A DNA stretch of 64,000 nt from the human T2T-CHM13v2.0 reference genome, Homo sapiens. Location of the stretch: the NCBI RefSeq assembly GCF_009914755.1, contig NC_060925.1, one strand, 5' to 3'. Shown in pieces: positions 27,259 through 44,506 of this stretch. The notes under the pieces are model-generated. The model did no database searches and was not told the DNA's origin. It worked only from the letters and a program-made list of their open reading frames with translations. A program made the translations under genes and the position numbers. Numbering within the stretch: the first letter of the stretch is position 1; every line of letters begins with the position of its first letter.

Positions 27259-28789
27259 AGTCTCATTCTTGGTAGGTTGAGAGCAGTTAGCAGGTAGGAG
27301 ATGGGGGCAAAACTGGGTAAGATTTGTCCTATATGCTAGTTTCAACTCTTTTGTCAATGTTTAGTCATAGATGGGCAATACTGAAAGGGTTGGAAAATGG
27401 TGGGTGCAACTTTTTTAGTGGTACTTTGGTGCCAAAATTGATACTAAGTTTTACATTCAAACATCATCCTTTATTAAAGTGGAAATAGCAACCACCAAGA
27501 GTCTTACTAACCTGCCCCAAATGCTTACACTGCCACTATCAGAATCATTCTCTGGAGCTAAGATACTCATTACACAGGAGTTAGGATAGGAAGATTAACT
27601 TTAGAAGCATGTTCATTTATTCAAAAATATTTCTTTGGCCTTAGCTGTGGTAGTCTAAAAAATTATCTATTTGGTACCTACTTATCTATTGTGTATTCAC
27701 TACTTGGCCCTGGATATAAAAATAACTTAAATGCCAAAGAAGTAAATCTCAATACTTTTTAATTCATAAGTTAAATATTGAGCACACACTGGGCATTTAT
27801 TTATTATTGTGCAAAACCAAAAGAAGTAGAAGGAGGTTATAAGACCTATTCTATTTGGTTGAGTGGGTCCTGACAGAATAGTCACTTTCCCATGAAAATA
27901 TTGCTATCTTTTTTACTCTTTGGGACATCCATATGAGAATTTGAATAATAGCTGCATTACAGGTGTGAAGATTTAGTTTATTTATGCTGATAAAATCTCT
28001 AGATAAGAGGTCTTCTTAGGTAAGGGGATCATTTAACTGTCAAGTAGAGAGCATGCTTGCATTCATGTTCATCTATTGAATAAATTCTACTCAGTAAACA
28101 CTGACACTGACTGGGTCTCATTAAGACAAAGTAATAACATTCTGTGCCAACAAATATCGTCTTCTCAAGTATGTATTTGCTTCTACAAGATCAAAATCCT
28201 GCTTCTGAGAAAAGTTGCCAGTGACATGTTTAAAAGACCTATCTTAACAGGAAAAGTTACAAAGCCAAGTAAGTTTAATTGCATGTCACCTCTTGGTTTT
28301 GACAAAATATAATGGCACAAGTTGCTAGTAAACTTAATTATGTAGATTTATTTTAGCTTAACAAAATATATGCTATATGTAGTAAGTAGCTAGCTATGAG
28401 CCAAGTTTTAACTTTTTTTTTGCAGTCAAAATGCTTATGAAAGAATGATTTAAATTAATGAAATTTATCAGTGTAATTGTTGCCAAAAGCAATTTTAACT
28501 GGAAAAATACCTTTACCCATGGTTCAAGGAAAAAAATATATGCACCTCTTTCAAACCTGTAAGCAGAAATTTGCTAAAGATATTACAAATTTTTCCTTGG
28601 CCTTGCACCTCTGCCAAAACTCCTCAGAATTTCCATAATTACTTCGTAATTAATATAGCTCGACTTTTTCCAAGCCACTTCTTAAAATTGCTTAGAGACA
28701 GAGATTGTTAGCTAAATGAAGATTCATGATCTTTTGATGACCATTCCCTGCCTCCCCATACTCCTTTCCCATTTCCTCTGTGCAATCAC

Positions 28790-29715
28790 CCTTCTTTCAT
28801 ATACCCACAATAAAAAACTTGGATGTATTCCTGACTCTCCCTTCTCTTTTAGCACCTTCCCATCAGTCACCAGACACTCTGTCTTCTTTCTTAAATATTT
28901 TCCGATGTCAATGCTTCATGTGCATTCTCATTTCTATCACCTTACTCTGGTTCTTTATGTTCACACAAAGACAATTATTCTTTCATTTACCTCCCGGTCT
29001 GTCCCCACCAATCAACCCATTACATATGATTAATAGTCTTAAATGAGACTATTTTATCACTGCCCTGCTAAAAAATCTCCAGTGTTTCTGTACATCTTAC
29101 AGAAAAAGTTCAAATCCTCAGCGTGGCCTTTAACTTCTATATTTTAGCCTTTCTCTATCAATCCACCTTCATTTTCATTCTAAGTTTGTCACTATATTCT
29201 GACCATGGCATTTTCTGCTTTTATTTCCAGATTTTCTTCATAGTAATCCCATTTCCTGTTATTGCTTCTCACTAATCGAATTTTTCTCAACTTTCTTGAT
29301 GCAGTTGAAATTCTAACTCCTTTCCAGCTTCTCTGAGTCTTCCAGTTCCAATGGATCTGCCTTTTGTAAGGGATCTCAGAAACTAGGAACATACACCTCT
29401 GCGTGGTACAAGAAGAAGAAATTGAGTTTCGGAAAGGTTAACTAATTAGAAGCAACCATGATTTGAGCCCCTTCACTTTCCTTCCTGTTATACCTTGGTA
29501 CCTTTCTAGGCTGCTTAAAGAAATGACAGTATTTGAGTTACTTATCTTTCTTTTTGGTGGTGATGGACATACTGCCCTGTATTATCGCTGAACTATTTCA
29601 TCCATATGTGTTTGTTTCTCTCTATTTTATATGCTCTGAGAAATAAGAGATCAGGCATCACATGGATCTCAGTGCTAAACACATTTAAGCATTAGTATAC
29701 ATTTGTTGGTTGAAA
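28790..29715 (+). mobile_element. Fragmented L2
   Basis: aaaaacttggatgtattcctgactctccc..., tcactgccctgctaaaaaatctccagtg..., and a 3' end near 29640-29715. Confidence 0.6.
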
Positions 29716-31877
29716 GGTTTGAATGTGTCCTTTAAATTATGTAATATTCTAATAAGGTCTCTATTTTTTCGCTATCTTGTTCAAGTTGAATATAAAATCG
29801 TATCTTATTCTTGAAGAATGGCAACCTATTCAGCATTTAACTAATAATGTAGCAAAGGGAATAGAGATTGGAATAGGATTAGAAGGTAGAATTCAGACAT
29901 TTAGATTAAGAAATAAATCCCTAATACCTTACTTCAATTTGCAAATTAGAAGATAATCTTTGAAATAATATGAAAATGAAATGTTTTGCCAAATCATTGG
30001 ATTTTCTCTAAAATCATTTTTGTTATATTTGATCATATATTGTTGGATTAAGGAGAAATATTGACATAGGCATATCTGTGTAATTATTCCCTTGGCAAAT
30101 AGGAGATATTTTGTTTTGTTTTTCTTTCTTACTAGGAGTCTAGTCTGTGGTCTACAACACCTGGGGAATAGCCAACAGCTAACTATCTAGGCAAGCTTTT
30201 GAAACATAGAAGGATACTTGAGAGCTAGCTTCTTCTAAAATCAAAGAAATTCTTCTTGACCTATTAGACACCAACTCCTTATATTGTTGCCCCATTAGGG
30301 ATAAGCTGAAATTTATCTATAAAGTCAGCAAAATCTAAATTAATAATAAGGCAAACAGTTTTAATTTAAGATGGAAAAATATATTTTATCTCATTAAGTC
30401 CCACCGTCCTAATGAGTAGCAGTGATGGCCTAGAAGAGTTAATGCAAAGTCAGTGGAACAAGAGTTAAGTTTTTTTAAAATGTCATTTTCCATCCTGAAA
30501 AAGTCTGTGTGCAACAGTACATTTCTCACTTTTTGTAAGTCTTGGAAAGACATGATATTTTTCTGGTTTCGTCAGCAGTGAAAATGCCTTCACACAGGCC
30601 TGTAGCTGATGACATTGTAGTGAAAGCTCTCCAAACACTAATTGGAAATTTAAAAAAAAATCTTGACAACACCTCACTGCATCATAGTTATGTTTCATCA
30701 CCTTAGACATTCATTATCACTCACCACATACACATATGTTAATGGGAAAATTATTTCGAATTGTCTTATATTGCAGAGTCAAGCCATTTCTCTCTCTTTT
30801 TAAAGTCATATTTAATTGTTTTTGGATGGCTAACAACTTGTGGTATCAAGTTGTAATTTTATACATAGATTATTGTGCAAAATGATAAGGAAGCCCTAAT
30901 TTTTTTTTGGAGGGAATTCTTCAGGGAATGTTTTTCCAAAGAAAAAGATGAAATGTATTGATTTCCTCACAACAGTAAGAGAAAAAAAAAGTCGACTCTT
31001 TCCAGATTTATATAATTTATTAGAAGATTAACACTAGACATATGGCTCTAACTCTTCTTACTCTCTGAAAAGTGGGAATATGAATGCACATTTCAGTGGT
31101 TAGAGGATGATTAGTGAGAAACTATTGAAAAAGATTTATAGAGTACATTTCAATACATGAATACATTTCAGTATTTGAGTACAAAAGAAGAACAAGAAGA
31201 AAAAATAATGCTCAACTTACACAGGAGTCATAAGGACTTCGGGATATAATGCAGATGTAGTAAGCTCTCCTATACCTGTTCACCCCTTTGTATCCCACAA
31301 GGTTTTATTAGCTCTTTTTGAAAAAATGTAAACAAAGAAGTAAAAGATTCAATTTGTACCTTATTCATGGAATGAAGTTTACATACAGAAATAAGACAAT
31401 ATACAAAGAAAGATAATACTTTTGGCCCTGCTATCTGCTCTGCAGCTTTAGTATAGGTTCTGGCTTTGCAGAGTCCTTTCCTTCAGGCATGTTTAGAATC
31501 GCCTCAGTGTACACGGGGATTCCCCAAAGGAAATGACATCTCTGCTCTCCACACAAAGTGTAGGTAGAGGATATCTCATAAATGTAGCATATCACATGTT
31601 CTAATTCATGATACTACTTACTTATGACAATTTTCCACCTTTCTTCCTGCCCATTCATTTGTACAGCCCTGCATTTCTGCATGAAAATAGTTGCTGTATC
31701 AATGTACAGAGCTACTGCACTTATTAGAATGTTGGAGGAGGCTGTAAGTCAGATTCTTAAATTCTTCACGCTCTACCTTTTGCAATTAGAAATTTGTGAC
31801 CTGGAAATAAAAATATGTTAAAGATGTATTATCCCCTACCATTCATTATTAACCAAATCAAGTTAAAATTCCTACAG

Positions 31878-32570
31878 TAGCTAACATTAACTGAGTACTT
31901 ATTACTTGTATGGCATCTAAGTTAAAAAACAAGTAATTCCTCAAGCATGTAGGAAAGAAACAGACAGTTTTACCATGGTAACAAGTATATATCAGAACTG
32001 TTTCTAAACTTATTTAATGAATAAATGACAATTTGTTTCATTTAACATGTCTCTGAAAGCCAGCCAACCAATGACAGCCTTCAAAGCTGGCCAATCAGTA
32101 GTGGACTTACTCCAGTGAATATACTTTTAAAGCTGACACTGATATTAGCCCGCTCCTACAACACAAACCACACTTCTAAGAGAGATTTAGAGAACTCCTG
32201 CCTTAGTAACTAAGACATCTGCAAATTATGCATTTCTTAAGTACCCTAATAAATGTTCAACCGTTTGCTTTGCTCAACGAGCCTATGCCTGACCAGCATA
32301 GATCTTACTTCAGGATAGAATACATTCAACTTTTCCACTTCAGATTTTGAGTACTATTGTCTTTCTACAACAAAGTATTAACTAATTTAATTCTCCTGTC
32401 AGCTCTGTGAAGTAGATACCGTTATTCTCTTTATTTTAGAGATGAAGGAACTGGGATACAAGGAAGTTAAGGAATTTTCTCCAGCCTGCTACGACTACAG
32501 TGCCATAGCTGGTGAGAGCCCAAGCAGTCTGGCTCAAAGTCTGGACTTCTAACCACTTTGCTACACTGTC
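31878..32570 (-). mobile_element. MIR interrupted by a ~450-bp LTR-like insert (31916-32369)
   Basis: MIR pieces agctaacattaactgagtactt...tggca and gtattaactaatttaattctc...ttttagagatgaaggaactg flank an unrelated segment. Confidence 0.55.
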
Positions 32571-35130
32571 TCTTATGCCTTGTAAAAGATGTCCAGAAAA
32601 GTTCCTCCAGTCTCTCACAGGCCAGAAAAATAAGCAAAGATTTAGAAAAACAACTGATGTGTTTTCCCCTTTCCCTTTTTGCAGTTTGAGGCAAGAGTGA
32701 TTTATGAGGATGTGGATAAAAAGTGAAGCACTTTAAGGTATTATTTGGGGGACTGTAAAATATGAAATCATCAAAATATGGATTATTTGTGGCTGAAGAG
32801 CTACTTGGTGAATAACCTTTTCCATTTGTGAACCTCTGTCTTTCTTGATTTTCTTTTTTTTATAAGAAAAAAGTCTCCTGTGATTGTAACTGCCAGACAC
32901 AAACTGTAATTCTACTCTGCTTTTCTTTCAAGGCTGTTTGGCTGGAAGTATGCAATACCCAAGCATGGGGACAGCCAAAATTTTATAGGCTGAACAGTAT
33001 TTCCTTAGTGAAGAAAAGATAAACTATTAAGAGGTCAGGGAGTTTGGTGTTTCATGACTGGGTGATTAGGAATGAAATAATTATGCATATGTTCAAAAAT
33101 ATTACTGAAAATTTCTTGGTGGTAGGTGCATCATATTAAACAGTTATTAAATTTAAAAAACCTCAAATGTAGAATTAGAGAATAGACAATCATGATTGCT
33201 GTGAGTTTCTCCAGTAGGCACCAAAATATCATTAAAATTAAAACTGATTACCACAAAGAACTTTTAAAACTCAATGCTAAGAAAACTAATAACCCAATTA
33301 CAAAGTCGGCAAAGATCTAAATAGACACATTATCATAGAAGTTGCACATATTGCAAAAAAATCATATGAAAAGATGCTGAACATCCCGTCATTAGGGGAT
33401 TGCAAATTAAAACCAGAATTCACCTATTAAATGGATAACATTAAACACAGAGAACAAAAACCTGAAAATACTAAGTGCTGGTGAGTATGTAGGGAAAAGG
33501 AAACTATCATACATTGCTAATTGGAATGCAAAATAGTGCATCCACTTTGGAATACAGCTTGGTGATTTCTTACAAAGCTACACATAATTTTAACATATTC
33601 TCCAGCAATGGTACTCATAGGTATTTACTTAACTGATCTGAAAATTTTTGTCCACATAAAACCTGTATGCAAATGTTTATAGAAGTTTTCTCGTAATTGC
33701 TAAAAACTGGAAGCAACAAAGATATCCTTCAGTAGGTGAATGGATAAACGATGGTATGTCCATACAATAGAACATTGATCAGCCATAAAAGGAAATAAGC
33801 TGTTAAGTGTAGATGAAGCTTAAATCCACATTGCTAAATAAAAGAAGCCAGTCTTCTTTTAGAATACATACTGTATGATTTCAATCACATAACATTCTGC
33901 AAAAGGCAAAACTAAGTAACTGTAAAAGCTCAGTGGTTCCTGTAGATTTGGGAGAAAGAAGAGAAGATTAAATAAAGAATACAGACATTTTTAGGGCGAT
34001 GAAACCATGCAGTTTGATATTGTAATGGTGCATACATGGCATTATGTATTTTTCAAAACCCATTAAATTTTATACCACAAGAAGTTAATCTTAGAGGGTG
34101 CAAATTTAAAAAAAAAATCATCTAGGATGTAGTGTACTCCAGGATGAATGTGATGGTAAAAGAAGAAAGCTTCTAACTGTGTTACTAATGAATGTAACAA
34201 TCTCAGTGAATAAGATAGGAAGAAAAGGCGCTGACTAAGTAACTTTGGAAATATGTAGAGTCTGTAAGACTAAAATAAAAGGTACTTGTATGTAATCACT
34301 ATATTCTAGTTGATAAAATTGTTTCTCATGAGGAAAGGGTTGACAATTCTTATGAGGAAAAGGTTGATATATATATGTATATATTATATATATAGATGGG
34401 TATATATATGTGTGTTAGTGTTTGTGTTGTGTGTGTGTATATATATATAAATATATGAATGGAGCAATTTTGTTAATGGTGGATGGTGAGAGCCAGGTAT
34501 CTCACTGTTGGAGTGGAAGCAAGGGGAGGAAGCTACAATGATTTGTGTGATAATAAATTAGAGTTGGTGACATCAGTATGAACTTATGTTTAGCTTAGTA
34601 TAGACAGATGATTATGAGTAGAAATATTATAGATATGAGTTTATACATGGTTTAGTATACAGGCATATATTTCCTTGCTTCCTCCACTGAGAAAGCCTAA
34701 AAGTAGTGAGACACCGGTAGCAATGAACACTTCTAGCACCGGGATCTTTGCTTCTAATACCATTCTTCAATAATATAAACCAGGGCTCTTTAGAGAAATG
34801 GCTGATTATAGGTCTGGGAAGAATATACACAAGATGAGCCTGGAGCATCTTGTGCTAAACAGGAAGTGCTAAAAAAAATAAAATAAATGGTGGAAGTATG
34901 TCAAAGGGACACAGGAGCAAATCAAGAGTTTTTCATGGCCAAAGCTAAAACAATTTGAGCAACAAAATATATTAATAAGTGTTGTATTATAACTCCAAGT
35001 ATAAATAGATATTCTTGCATCTATGTTGATATAAATAAATAAGTCAATAAATAAAAAGGGGAGAAGAGACAAAGCACTCATGAAGAAGAATTCCAAATAA
35101 TTTATGTAGATACAACACACTCAAGGAGGT

Positions 35131-35949
35131 TGTGATGGTTAAATTTTATGTGTCAACTTGACTAGGTTATGTTGCCCAGTAGTTTGGTCAAATGACAGTC
35201 TACATGTGACTGTGAAGGTATTTTGTAGGTATGATTAACAATTGTCTTAATGTAAATGATAATCACCCTCAGTAATGTGGATGGGCTCCCTCCAGTCAGT
35301 TGGAGGCCTTAAGAGCAAAAACTGAGGTTTCCCAAAGATGAAAGAATTCTGCCTCAAGACTGTAACATAGAAATCCTCTGTGAGTTCCCAGCCTGCTGGC
35401 CTGCTTTGTGGTTTTAGACTTGTGAGCCACCACAATTTTGTGAGACAATTCCTTAAAATGAATCAATCAACCCTCCCCCTTTTCTTGTGACCTCTTTCTC
35501 TCACTACCCCTCCAGCTGTCCCTTGGGGTATTTGTTCCAATACATGGGGTATTTGTTCCAGGACCCCTGACATATGCCAAAATCTGCACATACTCAAGTT
35601 CTGGAGTCAGCCCTGTAGAAACAAATATATGAAAACTCGGCTCTCCATCACCTTGGGTTTCACATCTCTGGAAAACCGTATTTTCAATCTGCATTTTGTT
35701 GAAAAAATCTGCGTGTAAGTGGATTTGATCAGTTCAAACTCATATTGTTCAAAAGTCAACTGTGTATATTATAATTTGTGTTTTCATGTATATTTATTTT
35801 AAGGAGTTGTTTATATACGTATGTATGTGTATATATATGTATTCTTTAAAGTAAATATATATATGAAAACTTATAAATATTTATGTATAAATATAAATAC
35901 ATACACATACATATTGGTTCTGTTTCTCTGGAGAATCCTAACTGATACA
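35131..35949 (+). mobile_element. MLT2 (ERVL) solo LTR inserted in L1MC/MD
   Basis: Starts tgtgatggttaaattttatgtgtcaacttgactagg, ends ggttctgtttctctggagaatcctaactgataca. Confidence 0.9.
35513..35762 (+). mobile_element. MER8 (TcMar-Tigger MITE) inserted in MLT2
   Basis: cagctgtccc...gttccaggacccc...catactcaagt...cagttcaaactcatattgttcaaaagtcaactg. Confidence 0.85.
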
Positions 35950-36510
35950 AAGGGGAAGCAAAGCTTTGTACTCCTAAGTGTGGGCTGTGCACTGTGACTG
36001 CCTCCCAAAGAGTACAGTATGGGAGTAACTTAGCCTTGGAGAAACCTGATAGACCCTACCTCAGCCAGGTGATCAAGGTTAACATCAACATTGATAAAGC
36101 ACATTGATAATATATATTCTTGATGTAAGATGATGAAAGTGGTAACTTCTGTGATCTCCCTACTTCAAACTCATAACCCATGTCTGATTTTGAGAAAAAT
36201 GTCAGACAAATTTCAATTGAGGGGCATTTTATGAAATACCTGACCAATATTCCTCAAAACTTTTCAAGGTCATTAAAAACAAGAGAAACTTGAGAAACTG
36301 TTACAGCCAAGAGGAGCTTATAGATATGACAAGTAAATGTAAAATGGTATCCTGGATGAGATCTTAGAACAGAAAAAAGGACAATTAGGGGAAAACTAGG
36401 GAAATATGAATAAATTATGGACTTTAATAATATATCAATATTGGTTCATTAACTGTAACAAATGAACAAAACTCTTATAAGAAGTTAATAATATGCAAAG
36501 TTAGTGCAGG

Positions 36511-36975
36511 CACATATGTTTATAGCAGCACAATTCACAATTGCAAAGATGTGGAACCAACCTAAGTGTCCATCAGCTAATGAGTGGATGAAGCAAATGT
36601 GGTATACATACACGTGGAATACTACTCAGCCATTAAAAGGAACGAAATAATGTATTTTGCAGCAACTCGGATGTAGTGGATGGCCATTAGTCTAAGCGAA
36701 GTAACACAGGGATTGAAAACCAAAAACCTTATGTTCTCACTTATAAGTGGGAGCTAAGCTATGAGTATGCAGAGGCATGGGGAGTTATATAATGGACCTT
36801 AGAGACTCAGAAGGGGAAAGGTGGGAGGGGTCCAGGGATAAAAAAACTACACATGAGGTACAATGGACAATACTCGGGTATCAAGTGCACTAAAATCTCA
36901 GAATTCACCACTATATAATTAAACCATGTAACGAAAAATTACTTGTACCCCCAGAGCTATTAAAATTTTTAAAAA
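36511..36975 (+). mobile_element. L1PB3/4-like 3' fragment inserted in L1MC/MD
   Basis: gggagctaagctatgagtatgc...tgcactaaaatctcagaattcaccacta... Confidence 0.85.
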
Positions 36976-37414
36976 GCGAGTGGAGAGCATATGAGAATTC
37001 TGTGCACTATCTCATTAACTTTTTGGTATATGTTAAACTTCTAAAAAACAAAGTACATTAAAAAATTGTTAGTGTTCAACTATGAGTTAATGCAATTTAA
37101 GTACAAATAAGAAAGACACTGGAACATACCCTCTAAATTATATATTGTTATAGGATTGTAATGACAGAATAGCAGATTATGCCTAAAAAACACCTAACTG
37201 GCACGTTGTAAACATAATAGAAAGTTTAAAATAGGAAGCTAATAAGAAAGTTAAATGAAAGTAATTTTAACTAGAAGGAAATAATCTAAGAAGGCAAAGC
37301 AAAAATATAAGAAGATCAATAAATTTTACTACAGATGGATCAATACAAATAGGATGCTATTTCCACTCTCAGAGAAAGAAGAGAATTAGTGTAAACAGCA
37401 AAACCAGCTCAGTG

Positions 37415-37568
37415 TCTTGCATTCAAGAAAAATCTGGTTAGTTTAACTGCTTTATGTGTTTCTATACAATATTTTCCCCTTATCCAACTCCTAACTGGAT
37501 TTAAACTTCTTCAAGTGATAAGATTATTACACCTTTTTTGAGATATAAATGCATTACAGAGTACTATA
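37415..37568 (+). repeat. Left arm of 154-bp inverted repeat
   Basis: Reverse complement of 38345-38498 at 150/154 positions (hand alignment). Confidence 0.97.
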
Positions 37569-37913
37569 CATACAGAGGTATGTGAGAAATATCGATTTAG
37601 AGAATATCTCTTGTAGCAAACAGGTACTTGCTTTTTAAAATCCAGTCTGAAAAGATCTCTGATTTTAGTTGAAGTGTTTAGTTCATTTACACTTAATGTA
37701 ATTATTGATATGATTGGGTTTGAGTCTGTCTTCTTTATTTGCTCTTTGCCCTCTGTATTTTTCTCCTTTTGTATTCAAATTTTTTGCATTCCATTTTATT
37801 TCCTTTTGACCTTTCAGCCAATGGTTCATCTAAGAATTGCAATACACATCTCTAACTGACTAGCGTGGTTAGAATGAATATTATATGAGTTACTGTAAAA
37901 TATAAATTAGTTA

Positions 37914-38322
37914 TGTATTAAGCCACTCGTGTTGCTATAAATAAATATCTGAAGCAGGAAAATGTATAATAGAAGAGGTCTAATTGGCTCACAGTTCTGC
38001 ATGTTGTACAGGAAGCATAGTGCTAGAATATGCTTCTTGTGAGGGCCTCAGGAAGCTTCTAATCATAGCAGAAGGTGAAGGAGGAGTAGGCATGTCAAAT
38101 GGCAGGAGCAGGAGCAAGAGCAAGAGAGAGAGGGAGTGGGAGGTACCACATACTTTTAAACAACCAGATCTCATGAGAACTCATTCAACATTGCTAGGAC
38201 AACACCAAGTCATGAGGGATCCACCCCATAACCAAAACACCTCCCACCACACCTCACCTCCAACATTAGAGATTACATTTCAACATGAGATTTGGGTGGG
38301 GACAAATATCCAAACTGTATCA
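37914..38322 (-). mobile_element. MSTA/MSTB (MaLR) solo LTR
   Basis: tgtattaagcc...gcctcaggaagcttctaatcatagcagaagg...catgagatttgggtggggacaaatatccaaactgtatca; explains most of ORF 37984-38349. Confidence 0.92.
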
Positions 38323-38344
38323 CCTTACAGTAATATATTCCACT

Positions 38345-38498
38345 TATAGTACTCTGTAATGCATTTATATCTCAAAAAAGGTGTAATAATCTTATCACTT
38401 GAAGAAGTTTAAATCCAGTTAGGAGTTGGATGAGGGGAAAATACTGTATAGAAACATATAAAGCAGTTAAACTAATCAGATTTTTCTTGAATGCAAGA
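38345..38498 (-). repeat. Right arm of 154-bp inverted repeat
   Basis: Reverse complement of 37415-37568. Confidence 0.97.
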
Positions 38499-39673
38499 AA
38501 ATGTCTTAGAGTCGTATATTTCACATATATATATACACATTATAAACTCCACAATAAAATTTTATTGCTTTTTGCTTTGGGAAGTAGTTTGTCTTTTTCA
38601 AAAATTAATAGAAGAAATAGAAAAGGTTTTAATATTTACCTGCATGTTTATCATTTGTTATTCATTTTTTGTTATAGATACAGATTTCCATATTGTATCA
38701 TTTCCCTCCAGTGCTGAAGAACTTTCTTTAGCAGTACTTGTAGCACAGATGAGACAAATTATCTCAGCTTTTGTTTACCTGCAAATGTCCTTATTCTGCC
38801 TGCATATTTGAAAAATATTAATATTTTCACTGGATATAGAAATTTGGTTTGCTTGCACCAATTTAAAGTTATCACTTTATTATCTATTGGGCTTCATTAT
38901 TTCAGATGAGAAGTTACCTGTTAGACTTATTATTCGTTTGTATGTAATATCTGTCTTCTCTGGCTGCTTTTATAATTTTCTCTTCATCTTTGGTTTTCAT
39001 CAGTTGACAACAATGCATTGAGATGTGGTTTTCTTTGAATTTTGAATTTATTTATCTTTGGGTTTACTGAGTTTCTTGGATTTATAGGTATTTATTGGTA
39101 TTTTTCATCATATTTGGGAAATTTGGGGCAATTGTTTTTTCAAGAATTTTCTTCTGCCCCATTATCTCTTTTGTTTTTTCTTCTTTTTGAGCTCTAATTA
39201 TACATATTTATACTGTTAGTATTTTCTCACAGGTTACTGAAGCTCTATTTATTTTGCTTTTCATCTTTCCCCACCATGATTTTCAGATTGGGTTGCAATC
39301 TGTATGTTGGGTTGCAATCAGCTGTCCAGTGATTTCTTTTTTCAGTTCAGGTATTGTACTTGCCATTTATAATTGATTCCTTTTATTTCTCTGCTTATAT
39401 TACAGAGTTGTTTACAGACTGTGGACTTATTTGTAAAAGCAGTTTAAAGTTCCTTGCTTAATAACTTCAACATCTGGGTCATCTTTTGTGTTTGTCTGTT
39501 TTGACTCTGTTTTCCTCTTTGATATTGGGAATATTTTCTTGCTTTTTCACATGTCTAGTAAGTTTTAAATGTATACTGGTCATTGTGAACATACAATGGA
39601 GGAAGGCTGAATTATGTTATTTTTTAAATTGTTTTATTTTGTCCTGGCATGCTGTTAAATTCGTGTTGGGCAC

Positions 39674-39745
39674 TCCTAATCTTGTCAGGCTTAGTTTTAT
39701 GCTTTGTTATCCTAATCTTGTCAGGCTTAGTTTTATGCTTTGTTA
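39674..39745. repeat. Perfect 2 x 36-bp tandem duplication
   Basis: tcctaatcttgtcaggcttagttttatgctttgtta twice. Confidence 0.97.
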
Positions 39746-39967
39746 GGATGGGTCTATTTTTTTCTTAGTCTTTGGGCATAGGCCTCACTCTGTTTGTAGT
39801 TTTGATCCTAGAGTCTCTTCTTATTATGTCTCAACTTATTGCCTCAGGTGCACAGTGAGACTTCTTCACTCTGGTTGGGCCTAAGTTATATTTTTTCATA
39901 GCCCTGCATGATTTACACATCTTCATTTAAGTCTTGGTTTTGTAGTAGCCACTCTGTTATATCTTGT

Positions 39968-44506
<4,539 letters not shown>

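Larger units (their letters stand above)
33250..37065 (+). mobile_element. Old L1MC/L1MD 3' portion (ORF2 end plus long 3'UTR) hosting nested inserts
   Basis: aacccaattacaaagtcggcaaagatctaaatagaca... ORF2 end; catggccaaagctaaaacaatttgagcaac; sequence resumes after each insert. Confidence 0.85.
37600..39960 (-). mobile_element. Ancient L1M (5'/ORF1/EN region), antisense; continues at ~44507-44760
   Basis: ttaaaatccagtctgaaaa...catttacacttaatgtaattattgatatg; ttttcactggatatagaaatttgg; tctctggctgcttttataattttctct. Confidence 0.75.

Noticed and set aside
37415-38498. Inverted repeat read as the TIRs of a new DNA transposon
   Set aside because: No flanking TSD; the interior is pre-existing L2/L1M/MST sequence that is collinear with sequence outside the right arm
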